Part shown: positions 51,618 to 62,920 of the stretch, in pieces
Layout of the letters: every line of letters begins with the position of its first letter
Position numbering within the stretch: the first letter of the stretch is position 1
Assembly (NCBI RefSeq): GCF_004010195.1
Contig: NC_057726.1
Coordinates: 61,834,335-61,898,334, forward strand
Source of the DNA: Chiloscyllium plagiosum
Taxonomy: Eukaryota
Length of the DNA stretch: 64,000 nt
Reading direction: 5' to 3'
Translations under genes and position numbers: made by a program
The notes under the pieces: generated by a model
The model's database searches: none
Told to the model about the DNA's origin: nothing
Seen by the model: only the letters and a program-made list of their open reading frames with translations

Positions 51618-52811
51618 AAAAACAAACGGAGACAAGAGTAGGATTCCAACATTCTGTCCTAACATACACTCAGCAGGGTCTGATAAGCTCAACATCACGC
51701 TCGCAGTAGCACAAAAATTGAAAAGGAAAATGCAGTTGCTGGATAATTGAAATGAATGGAAATTGCAGGAGATAATGGAGACGTGGGTGAGGATCTAGGA
51801 AGAAAAGGGCAGTTTGATGTTTGTGGTCTTATTTCACCGCTTCGTTTTACTGCGATTGTTTGAAAACTGTTGTCAGACCTTTCATCGTATGAAATCCTGT
51901 ATTGTAATTGTTAACCGTGGTACATTTTGTTATGGTTCTCTCACACTTAACACTTTGAAAGAGATTTCTCTTCCGGTTCAGTTTCAGTGACAGTTTCCTA
52001 ACGCTTGTGCTCATTGACCGGCGCGCCTTCTATTTCAAGCAGCCCCCGTCTTTGTATCAAACAACTTTTGTGAAGGCTGAGGCGTCACCTGATTAACTAT
52101 TAAAATCAGTAAGATTAAGACTACTTCGGAAGATATTGCCGCTGGTGGGGGCGAGCTGGTCTAGAAGGCGTAAATATGAGATCCTGAATGCTAAATCCGA
52201 CAGGTAACTCAAGAGTGGAGTATGGTACTCCCGACCACAGAGTAGTCGAGGCGAAAAGAATGGATACATTTTAAACAGAAAGCTATTTAACTGTATGAAG
52301 GAAAATCTAAGAGAATTTTACGTCAATAGATTTGGAAGGTTTGTGAGGACAGGGAATGTAAAAGATGGCGAGCAATATGTTTGAGTAATAACATTCCTGA
52401 ACTACCCTATTGAGGGAATTATTTCTCTTTCAGTCAGCAAATGAAACCCGCTCTCCTTTTGGCTTGCGGCAGGTTGGTGAGAGAGGGAAACGGGTGCGTG
52501 CATATTTTGCGAGGACCACTTTTAACCCTCCGCCCGAGAGAGCTGGAGGCGAAATAGCACAGGGTGAGATGGCGTTCGCAGATAAAGTTAGGAGGAATTG
52601 AGGAAGCGCCAAATTGGGTGAGAGTGGGAGTACTCTAGTGCGTGTAGTTTTTGTGCAGCATTAACTGTGAAAGTCTGCTATTTGGGGGAGTAGGCACAGC
52701 ACACTCTTGAGCAGAGGAAACTGGCTGGACAACACAGTTCGCGACCTCACCTTTCTCAAAGTTAAAAATACACAACACCAAGTTATAGTCCAACAGGTTT
52801 AATTGGAAGCA

Positions 52812-52846
52812 CACTAGCTTTCGGAGCGTCGCTCCTTCATCAGGTG
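52812..52846 (-). ncRNA. Minimal hammerhead ribozyme motif
   Basis: Exact reverse complement of 54084-54118. Confidence 0.65.
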
Positions 52847-53050
52847 ATAGTGGAGGGCTCGATCCTAACACAGAATTTATAGCAAAAATTTGCAGTGTGA
52901 TGTAACTGAAATTATACATTGAAAAATTGATTGTCTGTTAAGCCTTTCATCTGTTAGAACACAGTGATAGTTTCACTTCTTTCATGTGTAAATCACAAAA
53001 CTATTTTTTAAAATTGCATTCTCAGGTTAGCTGTTAACAATGGTGATAGC

Positions 53051-53602
53051 ACCTTCCCCTGCAACCGCAGGAGGTGCAAGACTTGCGTCCACACCTCTCC
53101 CCTCACCTCCCTCCAAGGCCCCAAAGGAAACTTCCATATCCGCCACAGATTCACCTGCACCTCCACACACATCATCTATTGCATCCTTTGCACCCGATGT
53201 GGCCTCCTCCATATTGGGGAGACAGGCCGCCTACTTGCGGAGCGTTTCAGAGAACACCTCTGGGACAGCCGGACCAAACAACCCAACCACCCTGTGGCCC
53301 AACACTTCAACTCCCCCTCCTACTCCACCAAGGATATGCAGGTCTTTGGACTCCTCCATCGTCAGACCACAACAACACGACGGTTGGAGGAAGAGCGCCT
53401 CATCTTCCGCCTAGGAACCCTCCAACCACAAGGGATGAACTCGGATTTCACCAGTTTCCTCATCTCCCCTCCCCCCACCTTGTCTCAGTCAAATCCATCG
53501 AACTCAACACCGCCTTCCTAACCTGCAATCTTCTTCCCGACCTCTCCGCCCCCACCCCAGTCTGACCTATCACCCTCACCTTGACCTCTTTCCACCTATC
53601 AC
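53051..53602 (+). mobile_element. PLE GIY-YIG fragment nested in the fold-back element
   Basis: TFPCNRRRCKTC...IIYCILCTRCG..IGETGRLLAERFREHL...RRLEEERLIFRLGTLQPQGMN; 7-bp TSD tgatagc at 53044-53050 and 53603-53609. Confidence 0.9.
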
Positions 53603-54083
53603 TGATAGCTAGACAATATGTTGAAGGTGTTAGCCCCCTGTGTTCTCTGTCTATGACCTGATGTTTAGATTGATTCTAATCTAAAAAGTGAGATAACAGA
53701 GTTTCACATAAATTCATGCAGTTTTTGAGCTCAGAGTTACTTGCAGAGTTACATTGTACTTTGCTCAAAAACTGCATGAATTCATGTAAAACTGTTATCT
53801 CACTTTTTAGATTAGAATCAATCTAAACATCATGGCATAGACAGAGAACACAGGGGGCTAACAGCTTCAACATATTGTCCAGCTATCACCATTGTTAACA
53901 GCTAACCCGAGAATGCAACTTTTAAAAAAGGTTTTGTGATTTACGCATGAAAGAAGTGAAACTATCACTGTATTCTAACAGATGAAAGGCTTAACAGACC
54001 ATCAATTTTTCAATGTATAATTTCAGTTATATCACACTGCAAATTTTTGCTATAAATTCTGTTAGGATCGAGCCCTCCACTAT

Positions 54084-54118
54084 CACCTGATGAAGGAGCG
54101 ACGCTCCGAAAGCTAGTG
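54084..54118 (+). ncRNA. Minimal hammerhead ribozyme motif
   Basis: CAC-CUGAUGA-A-GGAGC(GAC)GCUCC-GAAA-GCUA-GUG: conserved core, stem II hairpin, palindromic AGCU stem III, 3-bp stem I. Confidence 0.65.
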
Positions 54119-54304
54119 TGCTTCCAATTAAACCTGTTGGACTATAACCTGGTGTTGTGTGATTTTTAACTTTGTACAGCCCAGTCCAACACCGGCATCT
54201 GCAAATCATCAACTTTCTCAGACCACCCCACAGACACCTTTTGCCGTCTCACATGGACGTGACCTTTGATTTCTGCTTCAGATAAAGTGTTCAACGCTAG
54301 GTAC

Positions 54305-54315
54305 GAAACGAAACC
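54305..54315 (+). promoter_or_regulatory. ISRE/IRF-like element upstream of IgSF gene
   Basis: GAAACGAAACC about 215 bp upstream of ATG 54529; Runx core TGTGGT at 54492-54497. Confidence 0.35.
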
Positions 54316-54528
54316 GCCGTTATTTCTGCTTCCAATACACACAGTGGGCTGTAGATCTTGCCTACCAACACAGCATTGAAACCGCAAGATTGCAAGCGTG
54401 ACAGCGAACGATTGCACTTCACATGAGCTCGAGAGAGTGGAAAGAATAGTGACCACCCTCTCCCTGCCGTCCCGCTCAAACCAGCCGGGGGTGTGGTGCT
54501 CTGTTGGAACTCGGCTCCAAATGCCAGT

Positions 54529-54583
54529 ATGTCTCGGGGAACAGAACTTCTCCCCATACTCATCCTGGTCCTTTCTTGCACAG
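54529..54583 (+). CDS. IgSF VJ-C1 gene exon 1 (signal peptide)
   Basis: MSRGTELLPILILVLSCT hydrophobic leader, A at -3, phase-1 donor G|gtacgt in frame with the next exon. Confidence 0.85.
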
Positions 54584-54860
54584 GTACGTGTTTTCAATTC
54601 AACTATCGCTACATTTAAGAAATTATAATTAATACACGCAAAATAATCAGTATATCTCTTTTTTTCACTTCTCTTGCTATTCATGACTGAAGTTGTTACA
54701 CATGTTATGAAGTTTCTAGCCTTACGGAAGAAGGGATATTTCACCAATCATAAACGCCGCCGGCGAGCTTTAGTTTCTTTGTCTGCTGGTACAACTTTTC
54801 CACTCGCCGCCGCCCTCCTGTAAATAAATGTTTTGTGTTTTTTTTTTGTTTTTGCAACAG

Positions 54861-55163
54861 TTACCGCTGAAGTGAAGCAATTTCTGAGTCCGCCCAATGC
54901 GACCGCAGGAGAGACCGTGACTTTTCACTGCTCGTTCCCGCTATTCCGAGATAAAAGACAAATCGCGGTGCACTGGTGGAAAGCCGGAGACCGGACGTTC
55001 TTGAGCTCGAAACAGGATTCCAGGAGAGTGTTCCAGATTGAGAGCAAAGCCAGTGCTATTCTGCGCATTAACAACGTGCGTTTTGGAGACGCTGGCGTCT
55101 ATTATTGCAGGGTGCAGGGTGAATATACTGGAAATGGAACTGGCGTACGGCTGAATGTAAACG
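54861..55163 (+). CDS. IgSF VJ-C1 gene exon 2: V-set domain with built-in J-like strand
   Basis: caacag| VTAEVKQFLSPPNATAGETVTFHC...VHWWK...LRINNVRFGDAGVYYCRVQGEYTGNGTGVRLNVN |gtgagt; canonical Cys, Trp, DxGxYYC and di-Gly J motif; phase 1/1. Confidence 0.93.
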
Positions 55164-55274
55164 GTGAGTGATCACCTCCAGCAATATAGAGGGCAGTTAG
55201 AGGGACAGGAAGGTTGAAATGAGTGGACGGCTGGGAAGGATAATGCGAGTGATTATTAATTTCTCCCTTGTTAG

Positions 55275-55442
55275 GGTACATTGAGATGCAAAGATGTGAA
55301 GGTCGGGTGGATAAGCCATGTTAAAGGGATGTGCAGATTAAAGGGATAGGATGGCGCTCTGGGTTTGGGTGGGATGCTCTTCCGAGGGTCGGTATAGACT
55401 CCATGGGCCGAGTGGCCGCTCTCCATACTGTAGGGATTCTAT
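55275..55442 (+). mobile_element. HE1-type SINE 3' part
   Basis: caaagatgtgaaggtcgggtggataagccatg...catactgtagggattctat. Confidence 0.65.
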
Positions 55443-56581
55443 AACTCAGTGTTTGATTGAACACCCGGTGTTGCAGCAGGCTATTGTATCCGGACAATGG
55501 GACCACAGCTTTCCCCGACGTTACTCAGTGGCCGCGGGAAGTCGGTGCTGCAGTGCTGAAAATTCACAGCGAAAAGCTGAACTCGGGCAAATCGAGGTGA
55601 GGCGTGAACCAACAATTCCGGGTTAAGGAAGCCTGCACCTTATCCATTAGCCCACTGCGACCACCAAAAAACTGAACTTTCGGCAATTGTCAGCAGGGTT
55701 CAACAAGCGACCGCACGCTTCTGTTTTAATTGCTGTTTCGAAATCTTTTACTGCATGAAATCAAATGCATTTTCAAAATGTACATTTCACAGTCTCCCCT
55801 TTGTTAGATTTCGCATCACTATCTGAGTATCACATTATCATTCACCTTCCATCCAGTGAAATCGCGAATTTATTCTCTAATATCCTCTACATGGGAATAA
55901 AATCTGCGAGTTTCGGATACGGTTCAATCTTTTCACTGCTAATTTCTTGCCGGGGATTTCCGAAATGAAAATCCCGGACTTGCCAACACCAAAGCGGGTT
56001 GGAATTTAAAAAAAAAACTTTTGCTGGCCAATTTCAATCATTTGTGCAAGGAAAGTTGCAACATTTTCTGCAGATTGGGGTTTGGATATATTTGCCCGCG
56101 TTGAGTTACACTGTGCTGCATCTTAACTCGTCTGCATGAGATGGTGAAAAATTCACAGCTTTTGTCCAAAACCTATTGTTAGAGGCACTGTGAGGCCGTT
56201 ATCTAAACCGGTTCGGGGTTAAACATATCTGAATAATATGGCGCGGGAAGGTGAAGAATGTTCGACTTTACAAGGTACGGTGGAGAGATTTTCTTCTCGT
56301 GACAGTCGAAACCAGTTAAGATTTTCTTTTTTTTTCTGGTTGGGTATGTGGAGCGAAATGATTGGTTTCTTTTTGAACGAGTTATTGCAACTGGTCAACG
56401 AGATCATTCTCACGAACTCCTCAATGTAAACGCGCTCGGGAATCGGAAGGAGTTTCAAAGTAATTGCAACCAGATTGTGGTATTCCTCCGACCTTAGTCA
56501 TTGCTCGACTGTCGAACATCAGGCACCGACTATATGGATTGTATCTGCCGCACATCTGTTTTGATTTCATTTCTTTTTTAA

Positions 56582-57024
56582 CCGAGCTTTGTAACTTGGC
56601 GCAGGAACCCAGCATGGCCCATTTTACACAAAGGCTTAGAATTCAGATACTGTTCATACAGGAAAAAATGTAATAGCGATTGTGTGTCCACTTTGCATCT
56701 CTGCCAGATTGTATTATCATTGAGATTATCCTTTTAACACAACTGTTTTGCACCACTTCAGAATCTCCTGCAGCGGTCCTTGCCTGTTGCGAGTAGGCGC
56801 AGTTTCTTTAATAATTCGCTGTAACAGTTGAGCGCCGCCGGAGGACATTCTGAACTGGTGCAATTCTCTTAAACGGATAATCTCAATTATAATACATCTT
56901 GGCAGAGATGCAAAGCGCGCACACAGAATCTCTGTTGTATTTTGGCTGTACGTACAGTAACTGAACGGTTATCCTGTGTGTAAAATGGACCATGAAGGAT
57001 CCTGCGCCAAGTTACAAATCTCGG
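56582..57024. mobile_element. TTAA-flanked palindromic MITE (piggyBac-like termini)
   Basis: TTAA|CCGAG...CTCGG|TTAA; diverged inverted arms of about 190 bp, e.g. tgtaacttggcgcagga / tcctgcgccaagttaca and ctttgcatctctgcca / tggcagagatgcaaag. Confidence 0.6.
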
Positions 57025-57028
57025 TTAA

Positions 57029-57300
57029 GGTGAGAGGGGAAAGATTTAAAAGGGACGTAATGGGGATACGTTTTAACGTAGAGGCTGTTGGCGTGTGGAA
57101 TGAGCTGCCAGAGGAAGTGGTGGAGGCGGGTACAATTAGAACATCTAAAAATCAGCTGAATAGGTATATGAATAGGAAGGGCTTAGAGGGATATAGACCA
57201 AAAGCTGGCAAATGGGACTAGATTAATTTAGGACATCTGGTTGGCATGGACGAGTTGGACCGAAGGGATTGTTTCCATGCTGTAAATCTGTATGACATCG
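57029..57300 (+). mobile_element. CR1 LINE 3' end
   Basis: VRGERFKRD..VWNELPEEVVEAGTI..GYRPKAGKWD* plus 3'UTR. Confidence 0.85.
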
Positions 57301-58479
57301 TGACTATCCAAATAGCTGTATTAAAATTATCACATTAAGAAACACTGAAACTCTAGGATTATAAATGAGATCATTCCCTCCCCAAAACACGAAGGTGCGG
57401 CTGTTAATCGGGAGTGATTGACAGTGGGTGGACCGCCCCGTGAAAAAAGGTTATGAACTGCTTCGCTTGTGGGGAATGGTCACTGGACTCGAAACGTTAA
57501 GTGTATTTTCTCTCCACAGATGTTGTCAGTCCTGCTGAGTTTCGCCAGCAATATTTCCTTTTTGTTTCAGATCTTCATCCGCAGTTCTTTGTTTTATTTA
57601 TTTGAAAGGCTTGTTCGCCACGTCTGAGCGTGTCTGTATATGGTCTAAGTGAAACGCCGATTGGTGTCAAATCTAGATAACAAATACTTCGAACCCCTGA
57701 AAAGCCAGAGATCATGACTGTCAAAATAGAATATTTAGTATCTAAGTGGTATAAACGTTTAGCCATTCAGCTTCGTGTCAAATGTACGTTCCTCCCAAAT
57801 TGTTAACAATTCAGAGCGTTCATCCCCAGCCGCTCGCTTAACCTTCGCGTTTCAAAGCTTGACCCAACTCCGGAGGAAGTGTTCAGATGAGAAGATAATA
57901 ATAGAGTAAGAAAACTCAAGGTTTGATTTTGAGACCTTGGAGCTTTAAACGTTGTTCGAATCAGCGGTCAGACTAGCTATTTAATTTGTGATCCACGCTG
58001 TTTCCGATCATTTATTATCTAAGCTAACAACCAGCTTTTTATATATAAAAAAGGAAGTTCGCTTTCATTATGAGCTGTAATATTGGTTTGGCTTAATATG
58101 CGATCACGTAACCAGCCCCAAATCCACCCTCCATTATAAACGTGGGATGTGATGAGTTTGATCCGGTTTTTAAGTTTTATCGGCAGGTTCAAAATGTAGA
58201 GTCTTCAGTTGGCGGACTCAATATTCAACCCAGTCATGGAGATGTACTGCACGGAAACAGACCCTTCGGTCCAGCTCGTCCATGTCGACAGGATATCCTA
58301 ACCTAATCTAGTCCCATTTGGTCAATATCCCTCTCAACACTTTCTATTCATTTACTCATCCAGATGCCTTTTAAATGTTGCTATTAGTCTCTATGTCATG
58401 GCTGCAAGTTAGTGTTGAAGTGAATAATGTTTTACGTTACTGAAACTGAATTGTTTATAAAAAAGAGATTCCATAGATA

Positions 58480-60310
58480 GAGCGGTGAAAATGCTCACTT
58501 AGGCGATGTTAAACATAAAGACTCAAAAGTTGATAAGGACTACCAAATAGAAGCTGGCTGGAAGCCCTTGATGCTTCCACCCCACTCTACGATTCAACAA
58601 GATCCCGCCTGATCTACACCAAAGACACCTTCATACAAAATCCAATTATCTGTCAGGCCTTGACCCAATAACCATTTATTCCCTTGGTACCCTGGGGTTA
58701 TTGATCTCAATCTTAACTACATTCAACCACTGGGCATCCACTGCCCTGAGGAAAGTGGCTGACCTTTTTTTTTCAGACACATCAGCGGGGATGTACGCTT
58801 TCTACCTTAAAATATTTTGCACGTTTCAATTCGATCAACTCTCAGTCTTCCCAATTCTGGGCAGTAAAGGATGAGTCTACTCAGTGTCTTCAAAGGACAA
58901 TTCCCTTCTTCTGTTGTAAACCTTAGTGTCCTTATTTAATTAAAAAGTCCAAAACTACACACAAAACTTCAGGCTAGAGGAATAACTACCATGGGAATAA
59001 CTTTATACTGCCCATTGTCTTTCTATGTTCTTGCTCACTCACCTAACTTGTCCATCTTTTCTCTTGCAACTTTATTGTGTTCTCTTCCCTGCTCAATTCC
59101 CCATCTAGCCTTTTTATCATCATCAAACTTGGACACTTTATATTCAATCCCCTCATCTAAATAACTAATACACATCCTTAATAGCTAAGGATCAAGTTTT
59201 GATCCTTGTGGAACCCTCTTTGCTACAGCTTGCCAAACTAAAAATCATAGAATCCCTACAGTGTGGAAACAGATCATTCAGCCCAACATGTCCACACCGA
59301 TCCTCCTAAGAACATTGCACACAGACGCATCTCTCAACCCTATAACCTTGCATTTCCTATGGCTAATGTATCTAATCTACACATTCCTGAACACTATGGG
59401 CAACTTAGCCTGGCCAAAACACCCAAGCTGCACATCATTGGCCTGTGGGAGGAAATCAGAGTGTCCAACAGAAACCCACACAGACACGGCGAATGTGCAA
59501 ACTAGACACAGACAGTCACCCAACTTTGGAATTGAACCTGGGTCCCTGGCACCGTGAGGCAGCACTGCTAAAAACTGAGCCACTTTGCTACCCTTTTTCC
59601 TAATATGTTTTCTTTCCGTCATTCAATTCTCAATCTATGCTCATATATGACATCAAATCTTATAAGTATTAAGTTAGTTTAATAACCTGCATACCACCTT
59701 TATTGAGTACATCTTGGAAATCTCAAAACAAAAACCAACCAACAACTAGAACAATCTTCCTGGTTATATCCTCAAAAAGATCTTAACAGAAGCCATTCCC
59801 TGTCATTCTATGTCAACTATGCTGAATCATATGATTTTCTAAGAGGTCTATTACCCTGCCTCTAATAATAGCATCTAGCATTTTACCTATGAATATTCAA
59901 TTATTTGGCCCTTAGCCCCTTTGTTTTATCCCTTGCCTCTTTCTTAAGTAATCAAGTTTATGTCAACTGCCTACTGATTCCTGTGAATTATATTTAATTT
60001 AAGAATTCTGAAAGAAAAAAGTAATGCATCTATGATCTGTGCTGCTATCTCTTTTAAAACTGTCTGATGCAGATTTTCAGGAACAGGGGATTAATGATCT
60101 CTTAGTCCAATAGATTTTGTACTTATATCGATTTCTTTTCATTTCCTAATTTTTACAAGACATTTGGTTGCCCATTTTTGCAGCTTTATTTTTGGCTGAT
60201 GCTGTGGAGAAATATGCATTGTATCTGTTTAATGCCTCTGTCATTTCCTCATTCCACATTATACTTCCATTTGTTTCTGCTTCCAGTAGGTCTACATTTA
60301 CATTTTCTGA
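58480..60310 (-). mobile_element. Decayed CR1 LINE
   Basis: Reverse-strand RVPQGS (tgtggaaccct), KFDDDKK and EMTEALNRY motifs. Confidence 0.6.
59245..59592 (-). mobile_element. HE1-type SINE nested in CR1
   Basis: Reverse complement of tRNA head and V-domain. Confidence 0.8.
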
Positions 60311-61643
60311 TTCCTTTCTAGAAGTCTTGTGGTGCAATGGCAGCTTCCTTGCCTCTGGGCCAGATTCTTCTGGTTCAATTTGCACTCCATGTCTTGATGG
60401 CAAGCAAAGTGCATAGCTAAGTGTATGAGCATCAACTTGTACATCCTTTCAGCACATGCCAATGAGACGCAGTAACAGCAAGAGAGATCCCTGTTCAGCT
60501 GTCAGATCACACATCCATGTGAAGGAGAGAAACCTGGAACCTCCACCATAGTTCTGTGTATGTTGCCACAGCAACTTGGCCTCTTTGTGGAATGGTTGGT
60601 TCAGTTGGCTATTGATCTGTCTGATGCCAATAGCTTTGTGTCAATTGAAATTATGTCTAGACAGGATTCAGAATCACCCTTCTTGTCATATTCATGATGG
60701 AAGTCATACTGCTGTGTATCAGACCTGTCTTCAAGCAGAAAATGCAAGAAGTAACACCTCTTTCTAACAACTTCCTACGGAAGCATTCTCAATCTCTTTT
60801 TTTTTAAATGTATCTAGCAAGTATGCTGGGATTCTTTGACCGAATCAATTTCTGGGGTCTCTTTATATCCTTATAATATCTTTCCAACTTTCATGTCTGC
60901 TGCTCATTTTAATGCTGGGCCAGCATTTACTGCCCATCCCTTGAGAAGGTGGTGGTGAGTTGCCTTCATGGACCATGGCAGTCCATTGGCATGAGTATAC
61001 CCAAAATGCCAGTGGGAGGGGGTTTCATGATTTTAATCCAGCAACACTGTAGGAAGTGCAATATATTTCACCAATGGATGGTGAATGGTTTGGAGTGGCA
61101 TTTGCAGGTAGTCTTGTTCCCAAGTATTGCTGCAATTGTCCTTTTAGATGGTAGTGGTCACAGGTTTAGAAGGTGCTATCTAAGGACTTTTGGTGAGTTG
61201 TTGCAGTGCATCCGGTAGATGGTACACATTTACTCTACTGAGCATTTGTTATGGGCGAGTGAATATTTGTGAATGTTGTGCCAATCAAGAGGAGTGCTTG
61301 GTTTTGAATGGTGTCAAAACTCTTGAGTGTTGTTGGTGCTGAAGTCATTCAGGATTATGAGATGTATTTAACCACACTCCTGACTTGTGCCTTGTCGATA
61401 GTGGGCAAACTTTGAGGAGTGAGGAAGTGAGTTACTTGGTGTAGTATGCACAGCCACTGCATTTATATGGCTCCCCTGAGCAACTCGTGCAGTGTGACCT
61501 GGAGCTGAGATGACTAATTTTCAACAAGCAGAACCATCTTCTTTTATGTTAGGTCTAACTCCAACTAGTGGCAACTTTTCCACCAAGTCCCTTTGATTTG
61601 CATATTGTTAGGGTTCCGTGATGCCAAACTGAGTCTAACATGG

Positions 61644-61888
61644 ACCAAAAGCAGAAATTGCTGGAAAAGCTTAGCAGATCTGATAGCATCTGTGGAGAGA
61701 AATCACAATTAATGTTTCAAGTCGAGTGACGCTTCATCAGATTGTTCTGTTCATGTTCTGAGGAAGGGTCACTTGACGCAAAATGTTAACTTTGATTTCT
61801 CTCCACAGATGCTACCAGACTTGCTGATCTTTTCTAGCAATTTCCATTTTGTCTCTTATTTACAGCATCCACAGTTTTTTCAGTTTTT
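61644..61888. mobile_element. Fold-back PLE pLTR micro-element (third family)
   Basis: Inverted arms with ctgaggaagggtcacttgacgcaaaatgtta and a minus-strand ctgatgaag..gaaacatt; 16-bp TSD actgagtctaa(c/t)atgg at 61628-61643 and 61889-61904. Confidence 0.8.
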
Positions 61889-62459
61889 ACTGAGTCTAAT
61901 ATGGCCTTGTTGTAAAGAGCAATCATTCTCACTTCAACTCTGGAATTCAGCTTTTTTGTCTATACTTGAACTAGGGCTGTAATGCTCGTGTTGAAGCTGT
62001 ACTGAATCAATCTTACATTTCCAGTGTTATAACATTTAGTGTAGCTTCCAAAATTGACATTAGCCACCTTATCCTCCAACCTATGTAGTTTAGCTTAAGA
62101 TTCATTTTGGATTTAACTTTCATCAAGATAAAATTGATCACTTTATGGTCGCTCTTTTCTGAAGGTTTCTTTGTTGCAAATTTATTATTTAACTGTCTCA
62201 TTTCACAATATTGCATTAAGAATAGCCTGTTGTCCAGTTGATTCATTTAGGTTAATGGAACAGGATGGAAATCTTCCAATTTGGGCGCCCAATGCTAACA
62301 TCAAAGAGTCCCACATCAGTGTCCACTAAAAAAAATTCGAAATTTCAAATTCAAATTCCATCTTTCATCATGCTTTCAGGTTATTTATCCCTAGTTTAGT
62401 GAGCAGGTCAGAGTCTAGGAATTCTGCAAAGAATAATTCATCCCCTGCCTTTTGAAAGT

Positions 62460-62920
62460 CAGACCTGTGATGGAATACTCCCCACCTACCTCAATGAGTG
62501 CAATTCCAACCACACTCTAGAAACTTGATACCATCCAGGGCAAAACAACCTGCATGAGTGGCACCACATCCACAAGAGATTCCACACAATGCTCACTCTA
62601 TAATATGTTCAAGATGCACTGCATAAATTTGCCAAACATCCTTCTGTAGCATTTGCACCACTATCTGCAAAGGCAATGGAACAATTCTACTTGCAAGTTT
62701 CTACCTAAGCCAACCACCATCCAGGATTGGAAATATATCACTGTTCCTTCTCTGCCAGTAGGGCAAAATCTGAAATTCTTTCTCTGAAATTATAGGCCCA
62801 CTTACACCTCACGGACTGCAATGGTTCAAGAAGGCAGCTCATCGCCACCTTCTCAAAGACAACTAAGGACAGCCACTAAAAGATGGCCAGCCAGCAATGC
62901 TTACATTCAACAAACAACTA
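62460..62920 (+). mobile_element. CR1-group LINE 3' end (an antisense copy lies at about 60900-61620)
   Basis: KVRPVMEYSPPT..KLDTIQGKTTC motif; ggttcaagaaggcagctcatcgccaccttctcaa 3'UTR. Confidence 0.65.

Larger units (their letters stand above)
52759..54208. mobile_element. Large fold-back PLE-derived element with two intact hammerhead motifs
   Basis: Left arm 52759-53050 plus 53610-53730, loop 53731-53762, right arm 53763-54173, unpaired tail to 54208; TSD tca(c/a)ctttctca at 52747-52758 and 54209-54220. Confidence 0.9.

Noticed and set aside
54166-54747. 193-aa minus-strand ORF
   Set aside because: Spans a repeat tail, the promoter and antisense of the leader exon; no recognisable domain
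54861-55163. Rearranging Ig/TCR V segment or germline-joined Ig light chain
   Set aside because: The J-like strand is in the same exon with no RSS, and it lacks WYQQ and the FGxGT Phe. A cacagtg at about 54340 has no nonamer at 12/23 spacing.
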